A DNA stretch of 64,000 nt. Source: Aplysia californica (Eukaryota). The notes beneath the pieces are model-generated. The model did no database searches. It was not told the DNA's origin and worked only from the letters and a program-made list of their open reading frames with translations. Within the stretch, counting starts at the first letter, position 1. Each line of letters opens with the position of its first letter. The DNA is taken from positions 652,805 to 716,804 of the forward strand of contig NW_004797391.1 in assembly GCF_000002075.1 (NCBI RefSeq), written 5' to 3'. A program made the translations under genes and the position numbers. This document shows positions 48,853-62,757 of this stretch, in pieces.

Positions 48853-49690
48853 GCTGAACGACAAGGAACTTGAGACAGTGGACAAATCTGTTACCTGGGG
48901 TCTACCATCAGCTTTACTACATCACTTGATTATGAGATCAACACCAGGAGAGGGAAAGCAGCAACAACTTTTGGAAGGCTGACAAAACGAGTAAGGGAAA
49001 ACAAAAGATTAACCATCAAAACAAAGATCAAGATTTACGAAGCATGTGTCCTCAGCACACTCCTTATGGATCTGAAACATGGACCTTGTGCAGCAGACAA
49101 GAAAAGCGCCTCGACATTTTCCATCTCAGATGCTGCCGCAAGATCTTAGGCATTTCGTGGCGTGACAAGGTAACAAAAATGTTGAAGTGTTGGCACCGGC
49201 AAACCTCCAGAGCATGACAACTATCCTGTGTTTAAAAAGATTGAGATGGCAGGGCCATGTTAAGAGAATGGACGACAACCGGATTCCGAAGCAACTTCTC
49301 TATGGAGAACTTGCCCAGGGAAAGAGACCAAGAGGAAGACCAAAATTGAGGTACAAAGACACCTGCAAAAACAGCTTATCTAAGCTTGAAGTAGATGTTA
49401 GCATCTGGGAAGAAATATTTGAGGACAGGAAAACATGGAGGAAAATGATAAAGGAAAGAACTATAATGCTAGAGAGCAGCCTTAGAAAAAGCCAGGCTGA
49501 GAAGCGCCAACGACGAAAGGAAAACAGCGGAAATACAGAGCTTCAATCTACGACACTGACATGCAAGCACTGCGACAGAATCTGCGCTTCAAACAAAGGA
49601 AGAATTAGCCATGAAAGAAGCTGCATGAAGACAACCTTGACACCGTCTTAAGCTAAATTGACCGTCTGCATAGACGAAAAGAGCCATAAT
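48853..49690 (+). mobile_element. 5'-truncated RTE-clade (BovB-like) LINE
   Basis: LETVDK..YLGSTIS, KAATTFGRL, TKIKIYEACVLSTL.YGSETW, RLRWQGHVKRM..RIPKQLLYGEL..RPRGRPKLRYKD and a C-terminal CxxC..H..C finger; frameshifted. Confidence 0.93.
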
Positions 49691-50804
49691 ATAGTTGTTG
49701 CCGATGTCACGTGACATGATGACACAAGAGAACGGGCTGACTCTATCGCCCGACCACCATATTGTTCTTAGATTAAGTTAAAACCTTTTTGGGTAAAGGA
49801 CACATCGCTTTTCGAAATAACGAAAATTGCAACCGCCCCCCCCCCCCACTCTCCCCTTTTCACATACATAAGGGAAACGATCATATGACCTCTTGCAATT
49901 GTGAGCGCCGTAAAAGTCTTACTCTAAACATAGGGAAAGAAAAGACAAAATGCATAATACGTCAAAAGAGAGGTTTTCAGTTTCAGTTTGATAAGAGCTT
50001 CACAGCGCTCACAACTACACAAGGAAAGAAAGGTTTAGTGGGACCTAACAAACGGGGGAGTTGTAGCACTATTTGTGGGACGAAGGGGGGGGGGGTGGCT
50101 GCTGTTTATCTTCTCCCGTAACTGCCGCTGGCTTGTCGTCTGAATGTCCTTCTGGCGGAAAAGTAGGGAACTCAACTCTTCTTTCATTGTTAGAAATGTG
50201 GTTCTGAGCTTTTCTGGGACAATAGCCACTCTCCCGCGTTAGATTAACTCAAGATCTAAAGATAAAGATTTTCGAAAAATGTCCACAATATCAGTCCAAT
50301 ATATATATATATATATTTTTTTTATATTTTTTTTAATGGTCGAGGAGTCAAAGATGGTCTTTATGAATCACATGAGAGGGTTGGGAATTAATGGAAATTG
50401 CACACTTAATCTGTGCAAAGATGGAGGCAGTCTTCAGGAGCATGCAGCCATATTTTCCAGCGTATTTTCCAAAGGACGATATTTTCATGTAAATTTTCAG
50501 AATTACTGAACTATTGTTTACCATACACTGTCGGCCTTCTTTTACTTTTGCTCCTCAATAATAACCAGCCCTTTCATGTGCTGTTACATCTGCAGTAGTT
50601 ATGTCACTGTGGCATTTGAGTTGGACTTTTGTAACATTTAAAGTTTGTATATTATGTTAATATTTGAATATTCCATGTTTATATCTGAGGTTACTACGTG
50701 GCACATGAAGTTGCAATGTGGCATTTAAAGTAAGAGTATAGCGATTTAAATTACAAAGTTAAGAAGCATTTGAAAACACTAGGCTTGTATTTAATCGGGA
50801 CAAC

Positions 50805-50877
<73 letters not shown>

Positions 50878-52039
50878 TACACACCCACACAATCACATAA
50901 TCGTTAAGGGGGACCTTTTACTAAGTACGCAAAAGCCACAAACAGTTCTCCGACCAAGCAAAGGTAGGCCTACACCTACACCTAATATAAAGCTACGACT
51001 GGTGTGACGACTGCCGGCCACAGTGGACAAATTCTGTCACTGTCGGGTTAGTACAGAACATGCTCGGTAAACTTTCCCTTTCTCGGTTTCCAGTAACTCG
51101 TGCCTGCTACATGGTGTCTTTTTCCGCTGTGTCATTAGAGTGCGTTTGTCCAGTGCACCATAGTTCCGTCCCTGCCAAGCCAGGCGGAACATCTACTGAG
51201 AGCCAGAGGCGACTATGTCCGTCAAAGCATAAAATCCCGAAAACAGCTCAACTGAGGCAATAAAATGACGATCCATCAGGTACATAATATGTATGTCATT
51301 ATAAATAAAATCAGCCCACTATAGTTTTGTTATAATCACACATTTTCATTAAATCTTTCTTCCATTAGTTCCATGGTTTCGTCTTTATACCCTCTACCAT
51401 AAAAGAAAATCAATTTTTCTCAAGACAAGGAATTTGGACAATATAACAAGATAGTCCCCTCTTGCTCTCAGCTGACGCATTGGTGCGGTGGTCCGGGGCT
51501 AATATTGAGCGGCTTGAGTCGTGCTAATCCACGGAGCGGCAACGGTTTGAGCTCGTTACATTCCCAAACTGTCGGAAAGTACCAGTGACTCGGCACAACT
51601 GTTTTTGTCCCGGACCACAACGCCCCCTCGTGTTCTCGCGGGTGGTATCACGTCATAACGAGATGTAAGCGTCCAGTGGGCGTTATGGGACGGTCGGCAG
51701 AGTGTGGAACGTATTATCATCCTGTCATAACTAATCCTTACTGAGCTCTGCACTTGCAAATTGTGTGTTCGAGACAAGGGTACTCTTATTTTTGTTTGTT
51801 TGTTTGTTTGTTTGAGTAAAGAGAAGCACATCGACGCGATAACGGGGGAAAAGTAAGACAGACAGAGAGAAACAAAAGAGGGAAAGTAAAGAAGAGGACC
51901 TACCAGTGGCGCCCTCCAATCACGCGCAAGGTATCTTTGAATTGTATGTAACTTTTTCGGGACCTAACTATTTACGCTCCTATCCAGACAGTTTAGATAC
52001 TTAGAAAGCTGGCCACTTCGGCCCCGTATTTCAGTTTCA

Positions 52040-52180
52040 ATGTGGGCTAAAATACAATGTATTTCTGTAAGCTGGGAAGCTGTATCCCACTAAGTCCATG
52101 TACTTGATAAAATAACCTTCCCCGCTCGGGAATCGAACTCATGCCCTTTGCATGCACGCCGTTACACCACAGGAGCCAGT
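52040..52180 (-). mobile_element. tRNA-derived SINE fragment
   Basis: The reverse complement shows ggctcctgtggtgtaacgg (A box) and gagttcgattccc (B box). Confidence 0.55.
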
Positions 52181-52895
52181 AAAAAAGAAGGGATCCGGTT
52201 ACTCAGCAGAGAGAAAAAGCACAATGACTGGCAAACACAGATGAGAGACACAAGTTTAAATACAGGATATCCAGAAAAGAGGGACCAATTTAAAGGGGAA
52301 TAGCTCGATTATCTTCGCACAACTAAAAAAAAAAACTAACTTCGAACAGCAAGAATTTAACCAAGGACCATCAAACTTGTCAATATGAAGTAAATTCAAC
52401 CAAAATTGAGTAAAAGGCAAAAACTTATCTTTCCGCTGAAGGGGAGTGCCATATCGTTCCGTTTTCAGGAAAAGGCCGGTAGACCCACGACCATCAGGTA
52501 AGATGGATATAAAATATGCTTGAGGGATGTTTGGGGGGGGGGGGGTTATGTCGATGAGGAGTATGGTTCTCCATTAAGATTGGATTACAATCCAGACGTC
52601 AAGCGTGACCCTGGCATGGTTGCGAGACAGGTTCTGAAACGCCTTACAAGACGGAATCGTACAAATGATCGGTCACCGTATCCTCCCAACCTTGAAACCG
52701 TTCTATCATCTCCTTTGGAGTTTTTTTTTTTTTTTTTTTTTTGACAGTCTTTCGAAACAACCCATAATGATAATCATTCGAGAACTTAAAACTAAATGAA
52801 TAAAAAGGAGGTCCAAGAAACGACCCAAAAACATGCCACATGGTTATTCAAAATGTCCAACAGCATTTTCTATCTTCTCCCCCCCCCCCTCCCAG

Positions 52896-52964
<69 letters not shown>

Positions 52965-53037
52965 TTCTCACGTTGCCAGTCTGCATGCCTGTCTATCTCC
53001 CTAAAATTGTCACCACTACAACCCCACCTCAAACCCT

Positions 53038-53386
53038 AATAATAATAATAATTGCATTTATATAGCTCACACCCATGCTCAAGAGCATGCTCTATGCGCT
53101 TTACAACTATTATTACCCCAGCAGACCCTCTGAGAACACTCAGAAACATTCTCAGCTTCCGCGGAAGCATACAGTGTAGCTGCGGATTTCACGCGCTCAA
53201 ACACTATCAAACTGACAAGATCATTTACTGTCTATAGCCGGGTACCCATTTCCACCTGGGTGAAGTGAGGAAAATTTGTGCAAAGTGCCTTTCCCAAGGA
53301 CACAACGTCGGGCCCCTGACGGGATTCGAAACCACGACCTTACGGTTGCGAGCCCGAGAGCCTAACCACTAGGCCACCGACGCCTC
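53038..53386 (-). mobile_element. Full-length tRNA-derived SINE, same family as 46493-46825
   Basis: Reverse-complement match over the whole length, with an (ATT)n tail at 53038-53052. Confidence 0.92.
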
Positions 53387-53778
53387 TTATTTAAAAAAAA
53401 ACCTAATACAAACACACCGAAGAAGTAGCCACACCTTTTCAGGTGACCAAACAGGTGGACAACAGCAGGTCAAGAACGTTCCCCGCCCGTGTCCCCGTGT
53501 GTGTCCGTGTGTCCGAATCCCGGGACAGACCCGTGGGCGCGCGGCTGTGGTCGTCTACTTAAGGAAATTGGATCGCGATAAGCGAGCTTACAGTACTGTT
53601 GTTCCCTTGATAATCACTACGCCGCGGATCAGCCGGTCTCAGAATAGGCTGCTGATAAAATTAGAACCTCAAAGCGTCGAGATCAGAACGTGTTGACAGG
53701 AGGAACGAACGCGTGAATGAGTGTATTAACCTTCTTTTCTTTTTTCATTATCAGAGATTGCCCACTTCACTCTGGCCG

Positions 53779-53836
<58 letters not shown>

Positions 53837-56800
53837 CACCCCCTTCTTTCTCAATTTAACATGAAAGCTTGGAAGAAAGACTGGGAGAGCATTAACGGAG
53901 TAAATTAAGAAAACAGTGGAATGTAAAGGGGGAAGGATCATAAAGTCTGATCTTAACAAGGCCTGGAGTTCTCGAAGTTCTCATTCATGGCGTTTGTTTA
54001 ATGGCTGAGGTCGGCAAACAAAAGGCGAACGCGCAGGACCAAGAGTAGTTCTTTCATATTTCTTCCGCTTAAGAACATGAATATTTCAAAGGCCTTTCAG
54101 CTTCAATAATAAATTGAAAAAGAGCACGTCTTTGAAAGACTTGAAGACCGCTGTAAAGGGAACGTACTATATTATAAAAGTAACGGAACGGAGGTGGGAT
54201 ACGCTGGAGTGTAGTACATACAAGGGTTTATAGTTTTGAGATTATATTTATTATTTTAGAACTAAATAAAAGCGTTGATAATCTACGCAATCTGCCTTTC
54301 TGTTTTTTGCTCATTTTTAAAAGTATGTATAAAGATCATAAAACTGTTATAACACAGCCAGAAGTTAGAAAACAAAAGTTCTTGATAAAATGTCCCAGAT
54401 GAAAGCTATTAAAAAAAGAACATCATGGGAAAACCCCTGAACAATTTCAAACTGAACACGACAGTTGAAAAACGGCTGGAACAGATGTGATAGCTTATAG
54501 AGACAAAGTAACAGCACCCTCACTCCCAAGTTTGGGTGTTTTGTTTCCTTCGACTTTGGCGCAACTGTCAGAACATAGCTTGTGTCTGAGATGCAATTCT
54601 ATTGGCTCTTCGGTTTGCATGTAAAACATGAATTTGATTCTCGTGTGTTGAAATAAATTTTCATCTATTACATGTGGGCCTATCTCGGACTGTCCGCTGG
54701 GCCGTATCCTACTCAGACTCGTTCGGTCCCAACAATGTCAAAGCAGCCTGCTTCGTAGAAGATATAACTTTTGTCGATGTGCGTCGTAAACATACTGTCA
54801 TTGTAAATCTTTTAAACCAGAACAACAAAAGGAAGTCGGGAACCGAAGTGGGGGGGGGGGGGGGGTCCTAAACCGCAGAGCTTCTTATGTCATATATCGT
54901 GCAATATTGTTATAAGCCCATAAAAGAATTAAAACGGAATAGAAATCTAAATGAGGATTTACGCCCTTAATTACACCCTCCAACTACCCATGAGCAAAGA
55001 ACGACGAAACCTTATGAAAAAGGGACCTTCCCACGAACGCAACCGCCAGCAATATTAATCTGTACCTTGCAAAAGTTTGTGCCCTTGAAACATGGCGTGT
55101 ATGAGAGAGGGAGAGACAAGCCATGCTATGTGTATATTAATGGTTTTGGCAAATAAAAGCCACGATACCCCCCCCCCCCCCCCGATAAACCCGAGCAGGG
55201 GAAGTGGGGGGGGGGGGGGGTGATAGATAGTCTACATGTCCACGAACAAGAGATAAAACTCCTCCTTTGGTGGGAAGCCATTAATTCACCACAAACACTT
55301 AGGTTTATTAGCAGAATATTAAATTTTTTCTTCTTAGTTATATTTGTACATAAAAAAGTTTCCAAAAGTTGTTTTCCAAAGTTTATTAGAACTTCAATAA
55401 TGGATTGTTAATCCCCCCCCCCCCCCCCCCCACACTTTTCATCTTTTGTTGGCTTTCTGCACAACCTGTTAATTTTGCAAGCTTATTTCTTCTGAATATA
55501 TATTTTTTATCTGTCTTCTGCCCAATTCTTTTAATTTATTTTTTAATTTTTTCTAGGGAAGCAGTTCGTTACTAAGACGGCAATTTAGTAGAAAGAAAAA
55601 GAAGGAAAGACAAACAGAAACAAGGGAAAGACGAAACAAAGAAGCAGGACCTGCAAATAGTGGCGCCCTCCGACCACCCACCAGTGTTCTTGCTCAGTAC
55701 CAGCTTAGCCTGTAGACCGACCGTCCGGTGTCGAGAAACAAAACCCTTAGAGACATGAGGTCTACCTCCGTACTTTCGTAATAACCGACATGTGTCAAAG
55801 GGGGCTTTACGAATGATTATGAATGCTTCGTGCCCCCATGGATACAATCTAGATAATATGTAATTCAGGAGGTAGCGGCTACTTCAACCCTGTACACTGT
55901 CTATTGGAACAAACCCAGACTGAGAGGGACACAGCATTAGAGCAAACAGACGGAGATCCTCCCCCCAAAAACCCCAGCACAAAAGAAAACTCTTATCAAA
56001 GAAACAAGACCTTAAAAACCAAAAACTCCCACAAAAAAACAAAACCAAAACCCCAACAAAAAATAAATGAATTCCACACAGGAATCGAACTCGTGCCTTC
56101 TGTGTGCAGCAGACAAGAGTATTACACAACGAATACTGGTTTAGTTAGGCTTCAAAATTTCCAAAAGGAAAACGAAGCCTTATTAGAAAAAGAGTGACAT
56201 GAAGAAAAGTTTGAGTTTTCTTTGGCTTAAAGTAGTTTTAAGATCTTATAGAATGATTCATGGTTGTTGTTGCTATTTCTGTTCGATAAATGTCTTTGTA
56301 GTTTTGTTGTTTGTTTGTTGTGCTATTTCTCTTTTGTTGTTGTTGTTGTTGCTGTTGTTGCTGTCTTTTGTGTGTGTGTGTGTGTGGGGGGGGGGTGCGG
56401 ATGAGACAAGTATATTAAAACATGACACATATAAAGCATAAAAATATATAAAGGAGAAAAGACATTTATTGGTTTTTAAATTATTTCTTAAACAGCTCAG
56501 ATTAAAAAGAGGCCGCTCTACGTCAATCTCTGGTGCAGTCTGTCTCCTCGAAGCCATTTAAGCAAGTCAAGTACCAGTACATACACTCAGGGAAAGGGAC
56601 AAGACCATTGAGATTATGCTAATCTTAAGCACAAATGTTTGCTGTGTGGGGTGGGTCGATCCAGAGATCAGTTTAAGACTATGAGGAAGAAGAGGGCGTG
56701 GGTGAGGCAGANNNNNNNNNNNNNNNNNNNNNNNNNNNNNNNNNNNNNNNNNNNNNNNNNNNNNNNNNNNNNNNNNNNNNNNNNNNNNNNNNNNNNNNNN

Positions 56801-57539
56801 NNNNNNNNNNNNNNNNNNNNNNNNNNNNNNNNNNNNNNNNNNNNNNNNNNNNNNNNNNNNNNNNNNNNNNNNNNNNNNNNNNNNNNNNNNNNNNNNNNNN
56901 NNGACAGACAGAGACAAATAAAGAAACGGGTGGCAGTGGTAGTGTATGTCAATCTTATCACCACCAGGTCCTTTTTAAGCGAGCAAACAGTTCAAAGGCG
57001 ACGATCAAACCATGGGACACATAAGTAAATAATTAAAGTGTTGAGTGGCACGCGAGATTTTGATCATAAATATTTTAGGGCCTCCCGCGACTTTCCCTCA
57101 AAGCTAGCCCAAGTGACTACAATACTCCTCCATAAGTTACATAAAACTCCATGCACGCGGAACGTCGTTTAGAAATATCTAATCCTACGTCACATCGTCT
57201 CTTTCGTTTGAGGAAAGACATGCAAAAATATAGAAACAATAAATAGTAACAGGGCGCAGTGTAAAAGCAAGAGAGAAACAACACACAACATGTATAAAGA
57301 ACAGAAAAAGAATCTGTCTTCTTTATCTTCTATGTATTTCCCCGCAAGATATCGCGGGTAGTTAACTGCTGGTTCTTCAACCTGCAGGATGACTGATTTC
57401 TACTTTACACGTATGTGTGACCGTTTTTCCTACTTAGTAGGACTGTTGCCTTCAAACAGCCACATTCCGATAACGAAGGCACTCTATAGTGAGTTATTAT
57501 TCTGACTAGAGTATATTTTATTTTCGTAAGAATCAATTT

Positions 57540-57665
57540 CAGATTTTGCTCTGGTGGCAGCCGAAACCTACTCTCATCGATTTAAGGACCACAACGGGAT
57601 TTTGAACGTGGGCAACTTGCGCACGGAACCTCCGAGATTTTCCGCCCTTATCCGAGAACGGTAGG
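57540..57665. mobile_element. Old SINE fragment with a Deu/Nin-like conserved domain
   Basis: gggattttgaacgtg...gcacggaacctcc....ccttatccga resembles my recollection of this domain; degenerate. Confidence 0.4.
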
Positions 57666-58938
57666 TGTTAGATCTTACCTACCCTAAGATCAGGGGTGAG
57701 GCTGAAAGACAGCAGCAAGAAGCCAAGAGCAGTAACAGTAGAAAGAGACATGAATAGAGGAGCCAAGAGGATGGAGGCAGAAAGTGGAGATGAAAGCAGA
57801 TGACATAACATGAATACGGAACAGGAAAGGAGGTGAAAGACATTTTCAGAGCAGGAAATTTTTTCACCACTGTCAAATTTACTTTCACATTTTCAGCTGT
57901 CATATCCGTAAGCCCTGGTGACTTTCTCAGCCTACTCTACCAACAGTACAAATGTATCTCTACATGCATAGGAAATAAAGATACTAAAGTACCAAAAAAT
58001 ATCTATCAAATTAAAATATACATGTTTTCAAGTCCCCATCAAGACAATTTATGTAATAAATACCAATGAAAGAATGATAATAACCCCAAAATTGAAGAAG
58101 AAAAAATCCCAACAAAAGCCATCATTTAATTTTATTAGCGCCACAGAACACTGCAGGAGGTTATATTTGCAGATGGAGAAATGAGCAGAAGATGGAGCGG
58201 GCCTACTAAACAATGGTACCATCTGCCAACTTGCAAAATGCTCACTTCCGTACACTCAAACTGTCATAGAGAAAGATTAACCGACAAGACCATCTTTGAT
58301 ATCCTTCCGTGGACATGGTAAAATAGTACTTTATAATTGTACCCTCCACCAAATGCTCATGAATACACTGATATCGTCATTAAGTAAGATTGAAAGATTT
58401 ACTAACACAACCCTTTTTAATTTCCTTTGACGGACATTAAAGAAGTAGGTATTGGGTAATCCCTCCCTCGCTCCCTGCCACCCTCATAAAATGCGAACGA
58501 ATATTATACAAAAATAGAAACACAAACATAGAGAAAGATTTACTGACGATAGCATCTCAGATTTCCTTCTATGTAGGCTACATTGTGATAGTGCAGCAAC
58601 TGTTGATGTTTTACACCCTGTTCACCCAATTTACATCATATAGGAGGCGGGCTGCTTTGACCCAACTTGTCAGGACCAATCCGAGGTGAGAGGAGAGGAT
58701 ACATCTTCCAAGTAGACGGACAGAGATAGGCAATAAAAACAAAAACCTCTCCCTACACAGAAACTGAACTCTTGCTTTCTGCACAACATTGTGAAGCCCC
58801 AAAAAGCTACACCACAGACGCCAGTGATTTTTCACCACTGGACAGGAAAGAAGAAGCTACACTACAATAGCTTCCACCACCTACCTGTAAAATGCTGATG
58901 AGTACATTAAGATTATCATGTGGAAAAAAATTACTTAC

Positions 58939-59244
58939 AAGACCATCTTTGATTTCCTTCTCACAGCTCTCGTGCGAGACTGCACTTCCGGAGGAACCAG
59001 AAGATTTTGGTGGTTTTTTGTCCGACTTCGGCCGGTCGTCTGTTGGAGGCCTGCTCCGGGCAGTTTCAGGTTGAGAAGGAGGAGGTACTGTCATGGCATT
59101 CCCATGAATGCCTTCTTTCAGTTTCTCTGTATCGGTGGAGATTACTGGAAGACGAGGGATGGTTGGGAGTTTCTCGGGGCTGTTTTTGGAGATCTGACGT
59201 AATGATCCCAGAGGCCTTGGTTTTCGTGGCTTGGGGTGAGACAT
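58939..59244 (-). CDS. Uncharacterised coiled-coil protein, first visible coding exon (Pro/Ser/Lys-rich N-terminus MSHPKPRK...EKEIKDGL)
   Basis: ORF 58807..59244; donor gtaagt at 58938, phase 0. An acceptor tacacag precedes 59276, so the exon extends 5' of this ATG and the true start could lie in an upstream exon. Confidence 0.75.
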
Positions 59245-60769
59245 GATGACTGGAGACTGTGTCAGTCCATTGTTCTCTGTGTATGATAATTAATGAGAGC
59301 AACAATGGTCAAGTGAGTAGTTACGGTGTGGGCGACAGTGGTGCATCGTATGCTGTGTTCAGTATGGTTCAAGTTAATACCTTTTCCAACATGGTATTGT
59401 TATTTAAGGGCCAGGACATCTTAAATAAATTTCCATCCCCAAGAGGACAGCACAAAGCAGGTGGGGAGCATGGACCCCCTCCCCCCACCCTCTATTTTTC
59501 AATCAATCAATTTCAAGAGCACCCAAGTAGCTGGGGACTTTAACCAGAGTCACAGTACCCGCACCTCAGTCCATCACGATACACACGAAGCACTCCAACA
59601 CAAGTCCTTTTTTTTTTACATATACGTTTTCATGCCTCCATCGACACAATTAAGACCAACCCTGGATGAGATGAATACAATGTCTCAGCAGAAAGACTGA
59701 GAATATACTCGATAAAGATTCCATCAACACTGGAACTGAACTCAGGTCTTCTCCAGGCCACAGTGAAGCGCCAAACAGCTACACCATAGACACTGGTTAC
59801 AAGGGTCTGTCTTGGAGCAACTTACAAACGTTTACATAAAGCATATTAGGACGTTGCATAGCCTGTATATATTCAGCAAACGCTGTAGTGATATATGGCA
59901 ACGTGGGACTCTCCCATGGGCACACTTAACACAATTTTCGAGGCAGGCTGACTCGACCCTGCCTTTCAGGGTGGGGCGTACCCTGACTGAGTGAGATGCA
60001 CCATCCAAGAAGACAGACAGAGACCCTCAATATAATACCAACCCCACCTGAGAATCGAAGTCATGTCTTTTGCGTACAACAGCTAAGACTCAAACCATCA
60101 CAACACAGAAGGGTGTAATATTTTATACGATGGTGGCAAAAGTACAATTTCAGCAAGATAAAGCTATGCAAGGCTCCGTTACAAAGCAAATTATTCGCTC
60201 ACTGAGGGAAAATAGGCTGTCCAAGGTAAAATCCTTTGGACATGATGAAAATGGATTGACCATAGTTAATGCAAGCTTGCAACCATTATATCACAATGTA
60301 AGCCATAACCAGGAAATCATAAATGTCTGTAGTAATAGTAATTTAACAGCCTCATCTACACCCTTCAGATAGAATTTTAATGCCCTCATAATTATATACA
60401 TGACTATTCAGATCATTTAGCAGTCATGGACTGGGAAGGATACAACTTTCCTGAAGAAAGATGGGGGACACTTGATAAATATTCTCCCTACACAAGAATC
60501 AAATTCACATCTTCTGCCTGTGACAACAAAGGAAACCATGTGATGTAGGAAAAGAGGAAAGTCAAAGAACACCTGGTGCTGACTCTCATGTGGATGTACA
60601 GACAAGGAGGACTGGACACTCCAGGAGATAGTAGGGGATTTATTAGTTTGAGTGAAGAAAAGTACATCAACAGGATAACCGTCATTCTGCTGTCATGACA
60701 GTATACAATGATATAGCATAGGAAAAAGACAATCCATGTTTCATAAACCTATTCTGCACACATCACTTT

Positions 60770-62757
60770 GACTTCAGGGTTTCATAAGATGAGACACTGG
60801 AAAGCGACGAAATTTTACTGGCTATAAATAACTTAAAATCTGGCAAGGTTGCCAGACCTGACGGGCTATCGCCGGAATTTTACAAATTCGGTTGCCAGGA
60901 CCAGGCTGAATTTTTCCTATCACTTTTCAATTCAGTTTTCTTCACAGGCAACTATCCAGAGGAGTCGACCAAGTCTATGATATTTAGTTTGCACGAAAAA
61001 GGAAAAGTAAATGATGTAAATAATTATAGGGGCATTATAGTTTACTAAACCTTCTTGGTAAATTATTTTCATTCATATTGAATAGAAGACTGCAACAATG
61101 GTGTGATGAAGGTAGCCTCATCCCTGAATCTCAGGCTGGTTTTTGACTAAATTACTCTACAATAGATCATATGTTTTCACTCCAATCTTTAGTCCAAAAG
61201 TATCTCCAAGCCTAGCGGAAGGTTTTATGTATGTTTTGTCGACTTTTTTAAAGCATTTGACTGGGTTGACAGAGAAAAGCTTTGGACAGTACTGAGAAGT
61301 CTTGGCTGTTCTGGACCAATGTATACCATTTTGAAAAATATGAATCAAAGTGTTCTTTCATCTGAATACTTCCAATGCACATCAGGTGTCAAACAAGGCG
61401 GCATACTTAGCCCTATATTATTTTCTTTGTACAATGTATCTCAATTTGAAAAACCCCTTTCAGATTAAAATATCCAGGCTATACACAGGTATTGCCCAAT
61501 GATAATGATGGTATTTTATGTTAAATGTACGCTGATGACCTAAGTCTTTTTGACGACAATGTCAGAGGTTTACAAAAGAAAATCAATGTGTTACATGATT
61601 TCTGCCAGATGTGGGGATAAAAAGTGAATACAGAGAAAAGTAAGATTGTTGTTTTTAGAAAAGGAGGCTATCTCAAAAGATCTGAGAGATGATATTGGGA
61701 GGATAAGATCTTAGAGACAGTAACCTATTATAGTTACTTGGGCATTTCATTTTCATCACGTCTATGCTGGAGATGAACGCTGGAAGATTGAGCTTGTGTA
61801 AAGCTCAACGGATTGTTTCTCGAACAAGAAGGCTTTTCGGTTCTTACCAAGAATTGAATTTCGAACAGCAAGCAACATTTTCGATATAAAGATCAAACCA
61901 ATGCTGCTTTATGGCTCTGAAATTCGGGGTACCAAAAATTGGGACGTGATTGATAATGTTCAGGTAAAGTTCTGGAAAGCCTTTTTGTATCTTGGCAAAA
62001 CTACACCCAAATGTTTAGTTCCAAGAGAAGTGGGGAGAACCAACTGTGTTCTGATTACATGCATTGTGTCATTAATTTCTGGGGCAGACTTATACACTTA
62101 GAAAGTGACAGATATCCAAAGAAATGTTACACATGCAATTATATCGTTCCTGTGAACAGGGCAGAGTTAACTGGGCTACGGAAGTTAAAAACCTATTATT
62201 TCCCCTGGGATTTGGACATGTCCGGTTTTCTCAAAATGTTGGAAGTACTAGACATTTTCTCAGTGAAATAAAAAGTAGACTTGTTGATCATTCTGTGCAG
62301 AACATAGAGGAAGAAGTCTGTCGCAAGTATAATGTTTTTTCTCTTACAATTCCGTTTCAAGAAACGGCTGAATATATCACCAACCTCCCACGGTATTGGA
62401 GCAGAAGAGTCATAGCTTTGTTAAAAACCCACAACCTTCCATTAAATAACAATCTCTGTCAGAGGAAATTAACTAATTCGCCCTTATGAATGAGGTGTAA
62501 CTCTCATGAAATTGAAAATGAATTTCATTAAACGCTTTATTTTCTATTATTCACACTTTGTTCATCAAAGGAAATTGTTTAATCCCTCCCAGCCTGACTC
62601 GGCCCAGTGACAGAAATATGCAATGTTTGACCCATGATAAGAGATATGTGCACAACCTGTACTTATTCATTATGGAAACTTTACTTATAAATCAAATGAG
62701 TGTTTTATGTGATATGATGAAGGCCAATGGCCTTAAACACTGAATAAACTTACTTAA
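60770..62757 (+). mobile_element. 5'-truncated, decayed non-LTR retrotransposon (RTEX-like reverse transcriptase)
   Basis: GK...PDGLSPEFYK, DVNNYRGI, ESQAGF, STIDH, FVDFFKAFD, GVKQGGILSPILF, YADD and LLYGSEI motifs with many stops and frameshifts; 3' end aataaacttactta. Confidence 0.9.

Noticed and set aside
50035-50229. Extra or alternative exon of the coiled-coil gene (MKEELSSLLFRQKDIQ...)
   Set aside because: It looks helical, but I found no convincing in-phase donor and it runs into a homopolymer tract.
50348-50361. Inverted third copy of the exon end (tcaaagatggtctt)
   Set aside because: Only a 14-nt match with no extension, which is compatible with chance.
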